A stretch of 29,748 nt of DNA from a virus (lineage: Duplodnaviria > Caudoviricetes). Positions 17,301-25,076 of the stretch are shown piece after piece. The translations under genes and the position numbers were made by a program. Position 1 is the stretch's first letter. Each line of letters opens with the position of its first letter. The stretch covers positions 1-29,748 of the IMG/VR virus record IMGVR_UViG_3300034894_000022, one strand, 5' to 3'. The notes under the pieces were generated by a model that searched no databases, had not been told where the DNA came from, and was given only the letters and a program-made list of their open reading frames with translations.

Positions 17301-17513
17301 ATGGACGAGCAGGAGACCCCCCGCCGACGCGGCCGCCCCGCCACCGGCGTGACCCCGAAGCGCAATATCCGCATCGGCAACGTCTGGGACGAGGCTGCCG
17401 CGATTGCCGAGGCGCGCGGCGAGACCATGACGGCCGTCGTCGAGGCCGAGCTACGGCGGTACGTGAAGCGCCACCGTCCACAAGAGAGCGCTCTCTCGGC
17501 GGATTCCGACTAG
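17301..17513 (+). CDS. Ribbon-helix-helix (CopG/Arc-like) DNA-binding protein
   Basis: RGRPATGVTPKRNIRIGNVWDEAAAIAEARGETMTAVVEAELRRYV; ATG 7 nt after the -10 (leaderless). Confidence 0.8.
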   Translation: MDEQETPRRRGRPATGVTPKRNIRIGNVWDEAAAIAEARGETMTAVVEAELRRYVKRHRPQESALSADSD

Positions 17514-17731
17514 CGGCGCCGCTGCCCGTCGAGCGGCGGCCACACCCGCCCATTGCGCGGCCGCGGCGCCGCTGTGTGCCGGGGCGGCCGCGCGCGGAGC
17601 CGGATTTCCGGCGTGCGCGTGCGGCCGAGCAGCTCGTCGAGGATCTCGGCCGCGTCGTGGCGGTGGTAGTCCCGATCAATACGCGCCTTCGCTAACGCGT
17701 GCAGCACGGCCCGCAGGTCGGCGTCGCTCAC
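17510..17731 (-). CDS. Hypothetical protein
   Basis: GTGA-coupled to the upstream gene; MSDADLRAVLHALAKARIDRDYHRHDAAEILDELL. Confidence 0.55.
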   Translation of the reverse strand: MSDADLRAVLHALAKARIDRDYHRHDAAEILDELLGRTRTPEIRLRARPPRHTAAPRPRNGRVWPPLDGQRRR

Positions 17732-17919
17732 GACGGGCCGCCCGGCTGACGCCGCAGGCGCCGTTCGACGAGGTCGTCGGCGAGGTTCGCGTACGTGACG
17801 TGTAGGCACACCGCGCCCGCCGTGCAGTAGGCGCAGGTGCGGGGGTCGTGGGCGGCCATCTCGTCGGACAGATCGGCCCGCAGTCGTTGGCGGTAACGCT
17901 GGGCGCTGGCCTGGCTCAT
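17728..17919 (-). CDS. Small Cys/His protein
   Basis: GGAGG RBS, ATG 17919; H...CAYC....C.H motif. Confidence 0.6.
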   Translation of the reverse strand: MSQASAQRYRQRLRADLSDEMAAHDPRTCAYCTAGAVCLHVTYANLADDLVERRLRRQPGGPS

Positions 17920-18122
17920 GTGCACCTCCATGGGGTGGCTGCCCGGCGGGCGCGGAGTCGAGTCACGGCCCGCCGGGGCCTCATGTGGGGTGGCCTGTGG
18001 GCGACGGTCGGGGGTGTTCCCCCGGCTCGGCCGGCCCCCGACCGTCGCGTTGTACGCCGGGCCACGACGACGAGGCCCGGCCAGCGCGACCCCCAGCTTG
18101 CGGAGCAGGGTTGCGGTCGCAC

Positions 18123-18148
18123 CGTCAACCTACGTCAGTAGGCTGACG
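18123..18148. promoter_or_regulatory. Inverted repeat with divergent -10-like hexamers
   Basis: CGTCAACCTAC-gtca-GTAGGCTGACG (10/11 pairs); contains TAGGCT (+) and TAGGTT (-). Confidence 0.5.
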
Positions 18149-18159
18149 CAGACAAGCCC

Positions 18160-18489
18160 ATGACCGACGGCGCGCCCATCCAGCTCTCGACGTCCTGGGA
18201 GCCGCTCGCCATCACCGGCGGCACCGCCGTCGAGTGGCCGGAGGACGGCGCCGCGGTTGGCGTCGTGGCGCGCATGGACCGCATCGGCCGGCACGTCGAC
18301 GAGTTCGTCGAGCGGGTGACCGCCCGGCTCGCGACCGAGGACGAGGCGGTTCGGCTGCACCTGGACATCGAGACCCCGGTGCTCGCGATCGTCCGCACCT
18401 ACTACGCCGCGTCGGTCGCGGTGGAGACGGCGGACATCGTGATCGGTGGAGACAGTTACGAGCTGGTGTACCGGGTCCCGGTCGACTGA
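18160..18489 (+). pseudogene. UTRA-domain fragment of a GntR/KorSA-like regulator, lacking the HTH
   Basis: PIQLSTSWEPLAITGGT..GVVARM..ERVTAR..EAVRL..PVLAIVRTY..VETADIV..ELVY is the C-terminal part of HutC-type GntR proteins; no wHTH upstream. Confidence 0.7.
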
Positions 18490-18532
18490 TCGGCGGACGC
18501 GCCGGCGTGCGCGCCGCGTCTACTGTGCCCGG

Positions 18533-18952
18533 ATGACGAAATCCGCCGTACGCCTTGCCGTCGCTGTCGCCCTGGTCCTCACGCTCGGCGCGTGTTCCTC
18601 CAACGAGGACGGGCTCATGGTGCCAGTCGATGCCGCCCCGGCGACGCACTCGGCCGCTCCGAGCCCGACGAAGGGCAAGGTTCGGGTTGCCGCGTTGATG
18701 AAGACGGCCGGGTGCAAGGGCAAGGTCATCGGTACGCAGATGTACAGCCGCGAGACAGGCCGCTGCAACCTCGCTAGCGGCGGGGAGGTCACCATCGCGA
18801 CGTTCGACACCACGAAACTGCGGGACGAGTGGGTGAAGTTCGGCGCGGACTTCGGCGGGAACTTCGCCACGGGCAAGGACTGGGCGGCCTGGTGCGCGAA
18901 CCTCGACGACGCGGAGACGGTCGCCAAGAAGCTCGCCGGCAAGGTCATGTGA
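18533..18952 (+). CDS. Lipoprotein
   Basis: Signal peptide MTKSAVRLAVAVALVLTLGA-C (lipobox LGAC); ATG 6 nt after TACTGT. Confidence 0.8.
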   Translation: MTKSAVRLAVAVALVLTLGACSSNEDGLMVPVDAAPATHSAAPSPTKGKVRVAALMKTAGCKGKVIGTQMYSRETGRCNLASGGEVTIATFDTTKLRDEWVKFGADFGGNFATGKDWAAWCANLDDAETVAKKLAGKVM

Positions 18953-19318
18953 CGAGGTGGCGGACCGCAGTCCCATCGACCGATAACGCCTGTTACCAAA
19001 CCGTTACCGTGCAACTTGCATACGGCGAGTAACCGGCCAAAGGCCTGACCAGGGGCGGGCGACGAATCGGACGCTCGGGCGCCAGTGCTGACATACGGCG
19101 ATCACGGCGCGTAGTGGGAGCGTGCCCAACGAGTGAGGCGGAACGGTACTCCGGTGATCGGCCAATGTCGAGTCAACGAGACGGCCGTATGCGCTGAACG
19201 GTATCGACACACGACGTAGCGTCACCGGCGCGGGGCGTGCGCGGTGATCCGAACAGGCGTACAACAGTGGCTTCCCCCAGACTGGCCCGGCCGTCCCTCA
19301 TCACAGGAGGTCCCCACC

Positions 19319-19927
19319 ATGACCACCGCCGATGACGCGCCAAGCGCAGCGCGCGACGTCGCAGCAAGCGCAACACCGTCCGCGCGGTTCAACGCGCGGA
19401 GCATCACCTTCTGGGCGTTCCTCGCCGCCGGCGTGCTCTACGTCCTGTGGCTCGCCGACAACCTCCGAACCGACAACGCTGTACCCACCGCCCAGCTGAA
19501 CGCGGCCATCCTCACCGTGATGTCCGTCGGCGCGCTCACCCTCCGGCCGCAGCCCGAGCCGGCCGCCGTTGTGCAACTGACGGCCGAGGTGCGCACGCTC
19601 TCAGCGCGCGTCGGCGAGCTGGAGCACCGGGACGCCGAGATGGCGGAGCGCCTGGAGGTCATGGGCCAACGCCTCGTCGTGCTCGACGAATGGGCTCACC
19701 GAATGGGGCGGTGCGTTGACGCGATCGTCTCCAGCCCGGCCGTTATCAGGGCGCTGCACCCGACCGGGTCGCGCCAGCCGCGCGGCCGGGCGCCGCGCAG
19801 TCGCCCGCGCAGTGGGCCCGCACCCACGGGGGAGCCACCCACCATCGGCACCCGACTAGCGGAGGAGTTCGCGGCGTACCTCCAGGAGCGCGAGGGCGAC
19901 CCTGGCGATGGTGACGGCCCTCGCTGA
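19319..19927 (+). CDS. Membrane protein (two hydrophobic segments plus coiled coil)
   Basis: AGGAGG RBS; ITFWAFLAAGVLYVLWL and LNAAILTVMSVGALTL segments followed by heptads. Confidence 0.7.
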   Translation: MTTADDAPSAARDVAASATPSARFNARSITFWAFLAAGVLYVLWLADNLRTDNAVPTAQLNAAILTVMSVGALTLRPQPEPAAVVQLTAEVRTLSARVGELEHRDAEMAERLEVMGQRLVVLDEWAHRMGRCVDAIVSSPAVIRALHPTGSRQPRGRAPRSRPRSGPAPTGEPPTIGTRLAEEFAAYLQEREGDPGDGDGPR

Positions 19928-19950
19928 GTGGTAGCAAGATCGGTGAAATA

Positions 19951-20040
19951 TCGGCCGGCATCGGGCAGGATCGGGGAGTGTCGCGGAAACCGAAATTCGC
20001 AGGTCAGATTGACTCCCCGATTCTCTCCGATGCCGGCCAA
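19951..20040. repeat. Long imperfect inverted repeat in the attP arm
   Basis: 29-bp arms at 19951-19979 and 20012-20040, 25/29 complementary, 32-nt spacer. Confidence 0.7.
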
Positions 20041-20056
20041 TGAATGACCCGACCAC

Positions 20057-20099
20057 CTTTTAATCCGTAGGTTCAGGGTTCGAGTCCCTGGCGGCCCAC
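20057..20099 (+). other. attP common core, equal to the 3' half of tRNA-Lys(UUU)
   Basis: CTTTTAA anticodon loop, TCCG stem strand, T-arm CAGGG-TTCGAGT-CCCTG, acceptor strand GCGGCCC-A-C. The 5' half of the tRNA is absent. Lies 6 nt from the integrase stop. Confidence 0.9.
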
Positions 20100-20105
20100 A
20101 CAGTT

Positions 20106-21608
20106 TTACCTGCTAGCGGCACGTCTGGCGGCAAGATCGATCACGTCCGCCAGGCGGCCGGTAGGTTGATCGGTAGCTTGATCCGTTTCTGGTGCGGGAT
20201 CCGGCGCCCAGAGCAGTTGGCCCATCTGCACGGCGGCCGACTGCTTCGCCTCGTCGGCGACGTCGTCGTAGACCTGGATCATCGACTCGTTCGCCCACCC
20301 AAGGATCTCCGTGATCACGCCCGTCGAGATGCCCAGCGCCCGCAGGTACGTCGCGGCGAAGTGCCGCGCGTCGTGCAGCCGCGCCGGGTCGACGCCGGCC
20401 CGGCGCAGGATCTCGCACCACGTGTTGTAGTCCTGGCGCGGGTCGACGGGCTGGCCGAACGGCGTCGTGAAGTAGTACCCGGTCTCTACCCAGAGGTCGG
20501 CAGCCTCGAGGCGCTCGCGCTGCCGGCTGCGCTCCCACTCCTCCAGCGACTCGACGAGCGGCTCCGGGATCGCGATCGTGCGTTCGCCGGCCCGAGTCTT
20601 GGGCTTGGCCCGCATGAGGCCGCCGCGGCGCTGCGGGCACGCCTTCGCGTGCGCGGTGCAGTTCGACGGGCACGGCTTCGTCGGCTTCGGGCACCCACCG
20701 CGGTGGTAGCGGTTGTGCCGCGCGCCGTGCCCGGGGCATGGCTCGATCCGCGTGACGTGCAAGCCGCCCGGGCGGTGCTTGCGCGGCTTCCCGCCGCAGG
20801 CCTGCGGGTCGTCGCACCCGTGCTCGTAGACGCGCCGGTAGAGCTTCTCCCGGATGGTGATCTGCCGGCGCTTGAGGTCGACGTCAGAGGGCAGCCGCGG
20901 TGCTTCCTTCCGGTGCCGCATCAGCCCGAGGCACTCGCCCTGTCGGGGGCCGAGGGCCAGGGCCAGTTCGTAGCGGGCCCTGTCGCGGTGGGTGGCGAGC
21001 ACCCGGCGGATCGCCTTCGCCTCGGTGAGCGTGAGCCCGCCGACCGACTTCGTGGCAGCCGGCCGCGGCTCACGGATCAGCTTCGCGACGTTGCGGTCCA
21101 CCAGCTCGTCGCGCACCGCGTCGTTGAGCGCGGCGCGCAGCACGCGGTACGCCTTCGCGGCGGCGTGCGCGGAGTGCTTCGCCTCGACGGCCGCCAACAT
21201 GTCCTTGACGAGGTCCTTACTCGCCTCCAGCGCTCGCATCGTGTGGTCGCCGAGGTGCGGCACCAGATACTCGCGCGTGACCAGGCGGTAGTCCTTGATC
21301 GTGTTGTAGGCCCAGCGCGGCGGCGTCGTCTGCTCGCCCTCGGAGATCCAGCGCTCCAGAAACGCGGCGACCTTTGGTGAGCGGCTCGGTGTGACCTTCG
21401 ACCGGCGGGCGTACTCATCCTCGGCGGCTCGGATCTTGTCGGCGACCTCGTCGGACGACTTGCCGCGGCGGTGGACGACGTTGGGCTTGCCGTTGGGCTT
21501 CTTGCCGAGGGTGATGAACGCTTCCCAGCTGCCGGTGGGGTTCCCGTCGGCGTCGAGCACCTCGAACGGGGTGACAGAGATAGGGCGCTTTGTGCGGGGT
21601 CGCGACAT
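20106..21608 (-). CDS. int: Tyrosine integrase with a Cys/His-rich insertion
   Basis: GPRQGECLGL (R), PKT (K), RLHDARH (HxxR), ILGW, VYD (Y); N-terminal arm-binding and SAM-like domains. Confidence 0.95.
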   Translation of the reverse strand: MSRPRTKRPISVTPFEVLDADGNPTGSWEAFITLGKKPNGKPNVVHRRGKSSDEVADKIRAAEDEYARRSKVTPSRSPKVAAFLERWISEGEQTTPPRWAYNTIKDYRLVTREYLVPHLGDHTMRALEASKDLVKDMLAAVEAKHSAHAAAKAYRVLRAALNDAVRDELVDRNVAKLIREPRPAATKSVGGLTLTEAKAIRRVLATHRDRARYELALALGPRQGECLGLMRHRKEAPRLPSDVDLKRRQITIREKLYRRVYEHGCDDPQACGGKPRKHRPGGLHVTRIEPCPGHGARHNRYHRGGCPKPTKPCPSNCTAHAKACPQRRGGLMRAKPKTRAGERTIAIPEPLVESLEEWERSRQRERLEAADLWVETGYYFTTPFGQPVDPRQDYNTWCEILRRAGVDPARLHDARHFAATYLRALGISTGVITEILGWANESMIQVYDDVADEAKQSAAVQMGQLLWAPDPAPETDQATDQPTGRLADVIDLAARRAASR

Positions 21609-21659
21609 GGCGATCTCCGTGCGTGAAGGGCGGTGCGAGGGGAGCGGGGAGGTGGCCGG

Positions 21660-22070
21660 CTATCGGCGCGCTGCGCCGCGGCGGGAGCGCCAGTAGTCGT
21701 GAGCCTGGCGGGTCAAGTCGCGCAAGTGGCTGCGGTCCATCTCGTCGACGGAGGAGTCGGCGAGGTCGCGGCTCACCGCGACCAACACGGGGTCGATCGG
21801 CGGGGGCGCCGGCGGCAGTCCAAGCTCGTCGCGGGTGACGTAGCCCAACTCAATGAGTGCCTCGCGGACCTCAAGCCCAAGGGCCGTGCAGACCGCGCGG
21901 AGGGTCTTCGCCTCCGGGTTGGTCGCCTTGCCGCTCTCCAGCCGGATGACGGTCTGGCGGGACACGCCGGCGAGGTCGGCCACGTCGTCCTGGCTCAGCT
22001 CCAGTAGCTGCCGGCGGTCACGCAGGAGAGTCCGCAGTCGTTGACCGGGGCCCTGCTCCTCGTCCGCCAT
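21660..22070 (-). CDS. Immunity repressor (XRE HTH)
   Basis: LRDRRQLLELSQDDVADLAGVSRQTVIRLESG..LRAVCTALG; ATG 22070 lies 6 nt after TACAGT (leaderless); divergent from cro. Confidence 0.88.
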   Translation of the reverse strand: MADEEQGPGQRLRTLLRDRRQLLELSQDDVADLAGVSRQTVIRLESGKATNPEAKTLRAVCTALGLEVREALIELGYVTRDELGLPPAPPPIDPVLVAVSRDLADSSVDEMDRSHLRDLTRQAHDYWRSRRGAARR

Positions 22071-22104
22071 GGCGTAACTGTAGGCGCCGTCAAGTGTTTC
22101 GTCG

Positions 22105-22338
22105 TGTCGCATCGCTGTTACGTACCGAGCGTGTGACACCTCGCGCCGAGCAGGCGGTGCGCTGTTTTTCGGACCCCTGTTGTGTCGTATGGATGCGACA
22201 TTAGCGGACCCAGTCCATTCGCGGAAGTGGTTTGCCAAGATCAAAGTAATTGGTACTTTACACATGACCTTGTTTCACTCTATGGTGTGTCGCATGGTCG
22301 TTACATCAACCGCCGCCGAGAGTCACAGGTCTGTGACT
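22105..22338. promoter_or_regulatory. Repressor/Cro operator array and early promoter
   Basis: 18-bp sites resembling TGTCRCAT-nn-ATGYGACA at 22105, 22121, 22183, 22288 and 22321; promoter TTTACA-18-TATGGT (22257-22286). Confidence 0.7.
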
Positions 22339-22545
22339 CCCGTCCTCCGCGGCGACTGGATCCGCGAACGCCGCAAGGCGCGCGGTTTCGCCCGGCTGGA
22401 AGACCTGGCCGTCGCCGCCGACATCACGCGGCAGCAGCTGCACCGCCTGCTGAACGGCGAGTGCCTGCCGAACGCCACCACCGCGCACAACCTCGCCGCC
22501 GCGCTGCGCTGCAGCGTCGACGACCTCTACGAGGCGGCCGCCTGA
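22294..22545 (+). CDS. Cro-like XRE HTH protein
   Basis: IRERRKARG..LAVAADITRQQLHRLLNG..PNATTAHNLAAALRCSVDDLYE. Start uncertain (22294 or 22333). Confidence 0.85.
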   Translation: MVVTSTAAESHRSVTPVLRGDWIRERRKARGFARLEDLAVAADITRQQLHRLLNGECLPNATTAHNLAAALRCSVDDLYEAAA

Positions 22546-22835
22546 TGGACGCCGTCAACGCACTGGTGCGCGAGATCGCCGCTGACGCGGCCGAGCAGAT
22601 CAAGGCCGAACTTGAGACCGTGCTGGCCGACCTCCGCCGGCGGGCCCTGCCGCTGATGCTCGACGTCGAGCAACTCATGGAGCAGCTCGGGCTGTCGGAG
22701 ACGACCGTGCGCGGTCTGTGGAAGTCGGGGGAGCTGCCGTCGGTGAAGATCGGCGGACTTCGGTTCACGCGCCGCGAGGACCTCCTGGCCTACGTCGCGG
22801 GCCTGCCGCTCGCCCGGGTCGAGGTGAGCGCCTGA
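22545..22835 (+). CDS. xis: Excisionase-like HTH_17 protein
   Basis: LDVEQLMEQLGLSETTVRGLWKSGELPSVKIGGLRFTRREDLLAYV. Confidence 0.8.
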   Translation: MDAVNALVREIAADAAEQIKAELETVLADLRRRALPLMLDVEQLMEQLGLSETTVRGLWKSGELPSVKIGGLRFTRREDLLAYVAGLPLARVEVSA

Positions 22836-23116
22836 TGGGCAGCACCGGAGGCGCCGGCACCGGACCCGGCAACGGCGACGGCGGATCGACCGGCCCGGGC
22901 CGCATCGCCGCCATCGCGCTCGCGATCGTCGCTGAAGCCGTTCGCGACTTCGGTGCCGCGTTCGCCGTGATGCGCACGAGCCCGATCAGCCCGGACCCCC
23001 GCCCGGTCGTACCGGACGACCTGCCGCCGCGACCGAGCGGCTTCCGTACCCCCGCGCCCGCCGTTGTGGTGGCGGCCGGCGCGGGCAGCGCTCCCCGGTC
23101 TGGCGGGTCCGGGTAG
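22835..23116 (+). CDS. Hypothetical protein
   Basis: TGATG-coupled, GAGG RBS; low-complexity Gly/Pro sequence with one hydrophobic stretch. Confidence 0.5.
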   Translation: MGSTGGAGTGPGNGDGGSTGPGRIAAIALAIVAEAVRDFGAAFAVMRTSPISPDPRPVVPDDLPPRPSGFRTPAPAVVVAAGAGSAPRSGGSG

Positions 23117-23287
23117 AGCGCACGGGCGGCCTGACCCGGGACATGGGCCGGGTCGGGCCGCCCATCAGCTCCGGGTGCCGGCCAGCCGCCGGGACGCGCA
23201 GGCCGGCACCCGGCTCCACACAGCAAAAGGCCCCCGGTCGCAACGGGGGCCCAAGTCCAGACCAACCAACTCTGAGGAGTGGTCCAG

Positions 23288-24466
23288 ATGACCATCACAG
23301 CACACGAGCAGACGGCCGTCGAGCGCCCGAGCAACAACACCATCGTCGCCGACGCGCTGCGCTACCTCGCCAACCGCATCGAGAAGTCCGGCACCCCACT
23401 GCCGGCGTACCACATCAGCGTTACCGGCGCCATGCACAGCGTTGACGACGTCCGCACCGCAGCGAGCATGCTCGGCGGCACGTACACCGTCGACCCGGTC
23501 CGCGACAAACTTCACCACGTCGCCGAGCTGGTCGCGGTGGGGCGCCGGTGGCCGGAGAAGCACACGGGCGTGACGCTGCGCTTCACCAAGGTGGTCGACA
23601 ACCCGCCAGTCGTCGCCGCCGTCCTGGCCCCGGACGACGCGAGGCTCCCGGCGGACGAGCCGGCCGCCACCTTCGAGCAGGCGGAGGCCTGCCGTGCCGA
23701 GCTCCAGGCGGCGATCGAGGCGCTCGACGTTCACGAGTTCGTCTCCACGCACGTGGTGGAGGGCGCCGCGACGGGCGCGTGGTGGGTGGAGATCCGCGCC
23801 GCCGACGACACGCAGATCCTGCGGCTCGCTGTGCACGACACTCTCTGGTTGGTGGGCGACGAGGTCGTCGGGTCGCTGACGGACGCGTCGCCGAGCACCG
23901 TCGCCATGTTCGTGACCGGATGGCTGGAGAGCGCCGCCCGCACCGACCAGCTGCCGGCCGAGGAGCCGAAAGGCGAGCCGGCCGCCGAGGTCGAGCGCCC
24001 CTGGTTCTTCACGTTCGGCGCCAACCACACGCACCCGGTCACCGGCGAGTCGCTCGGCAACTCCTACGTGCAGCTGCATGGCACGTGCGATGCGACGCGG
24101 GCGCAGATGATCGCCGTGTTCGGCAAGCAGTGGGCCATGCAGTACGTGGCGGCGGACCTGGAGCCGGGTCAGCCGGTGCCGGTCGGGGGCGCGGCCGGCG
24201 TGAAGCGGTTCGGGCTGACCCGCATTGAGCTGCCGGTGGCGGAGCGCACGCCGCGCACGTGGAAGGCCGGCCAGGCCATCCCCACCGACGTCCAGGCGGT
24301 CACCGACTCGGACGCCTGCGACCCGGGCGTGTGGCGCCGCGTGGTTGGCCAGGCCTGGCAGTTCTGCCGGGCCGGCAGCACCGTGCAGCTCGGCTACGTG
24401 GCTGAGGACCGCATGCTCGCCCAGTACGGCCCGGTCACCGAGGTGCTGCCCGGGGCGAGCGCGTGA
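23288..24466 (+). CDS. Hypothetical multi-domain early protein
   Basis: GAGGAG RBS; 392 aa with GC-rich third positions; internal WFFTFG..YVQLHGT..FGKQWAMQY module. Confidence 0.75.
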   Translation: MTITAHEQTAVERPSNNTIVADALRYLANRIEKSGTPLPAYHISVTGAMHSVDDVRTAASMLGGTYTVDPVRDKLHHVAELVAVGRRWPEKHTGVTLRFTKVVDNPPVVAAVLAPDDARLPADEPAATFEQAEACRAELQAAIEALDVHEFVSTHVVEGAATGAWWVEIRAADDTQILRLAVHDTLWLVGDEVVGSLTDASPSTVAMFVTGWLESAARTDQLPAEEPKGEPAAEVERPWFFTFGANHTHPVTGESLGNSYVQLHGTCDATRAQMIAVFGKQWAMQYVAADLEPGQPVPVGGAAGVKRFGLTRIELPVAERTPRTWKAGQAIPTDVQAVTDSDACDPGVWRRVVGQAWQFCRAGSTVQLGYVAEDRMLAQYGPVTEVLPGASA

Positions 24467-24795
24467 TGGCCGATCCGTGGGCGGACGCCCCGTTCGTGCC
24501 GACCGAGCCGGACCCGCACGCCAACTGCCCGTCGTTCGCCCTGCAGCAGGTCACCTGCGACCGGTGCGGCCGCACGTTCCAGTGCACGCCCGTCGACGAC
24601 TTCTACTGCTCGGCCGACGGCGACCACTGCTGCGAGCAGTGCCTGCTCGGCGGTCTGGTGCTCGTGAACCTGGCCGTCGACGAGCTGCCCGAGCCGTGCC
24701 AGCCGATCGGCTGCGACGCCGGCTACCACCTGCCGGGCTGCTGGTGGACGCCCGACCACGAAACCAACCAGCCCAGCAGTGGAGGGACAGCATGA
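24466..24795 (+). CDS. Cys-rich putative zinc-finger protein
   Basis: CDRC..C..YC..HCCEQC..C....C....H...C; coupled start. Confidence 0.7.
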   Translation: MADPWADAPFVPTEPDPHANCPSFALQQVTCDRCGRTFQCTPVDDFYCSADGDHCCEQCLLGGLVLVNLAVDELPEPCQPIGCDAGYHLPGCWWTPDHETNQPSSGGTA

Positions 24796-25076
24796 GCCGC
24801 TTCCTCATCACCATCTTCGTCGCCCTCGTCGTCGTGGGTCTGCTGTTCCTGGCGCTCTACCTCGCCGACCGGTACCCCGGCGAGGACCCGCCGATCGTCG
24901 TGATCGGCCAGGCCAGCGCACCCCGCCACGCCGCCATCGGCGAGGCCGAGGACCGCGGCGCGGCGCCTCGTCACGCCGCCGTCTTCGACCAGCCTGCCCC
25001 CGCGAACTACCGGCGCCTGGACAGCCGCTGGCGCGACATCAACGACCCGCAAATCCTCGCCTGGAGCCAGCTATGA
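24792..25076 (+). CDS. Membrane protein
   Basis: GGAGG RBS, ATGA overlap; N-terminal TM FLITIFVALVVVGLLFLALYL. Confidence 0.7.
   Translation: MSRFLITIFVALVVVGLLFLALYLADRYPGEDPPIVVIGQASAPRHAAIGEAEDRGAAPRHAAVFDQPAPANYRRLDSRWRDINDPQILAWSQL

Noticed and set aside
20030-20105. Complete tRNA-Lys gene
   Set aside because: Only the anticodon loop through the acceptor 3' strand is present; upstream bases cannot form the D-arm or the 5' stems, so this is an att core.
21660-22265. Long N-terminal extensions given by the track for the repressor, cro, xis, capsid, portal and EndoVII
   Set aside because: They run through promoter/operator DNA or upstream genes; RBS, overlap or -10 positions support the shorter starts.
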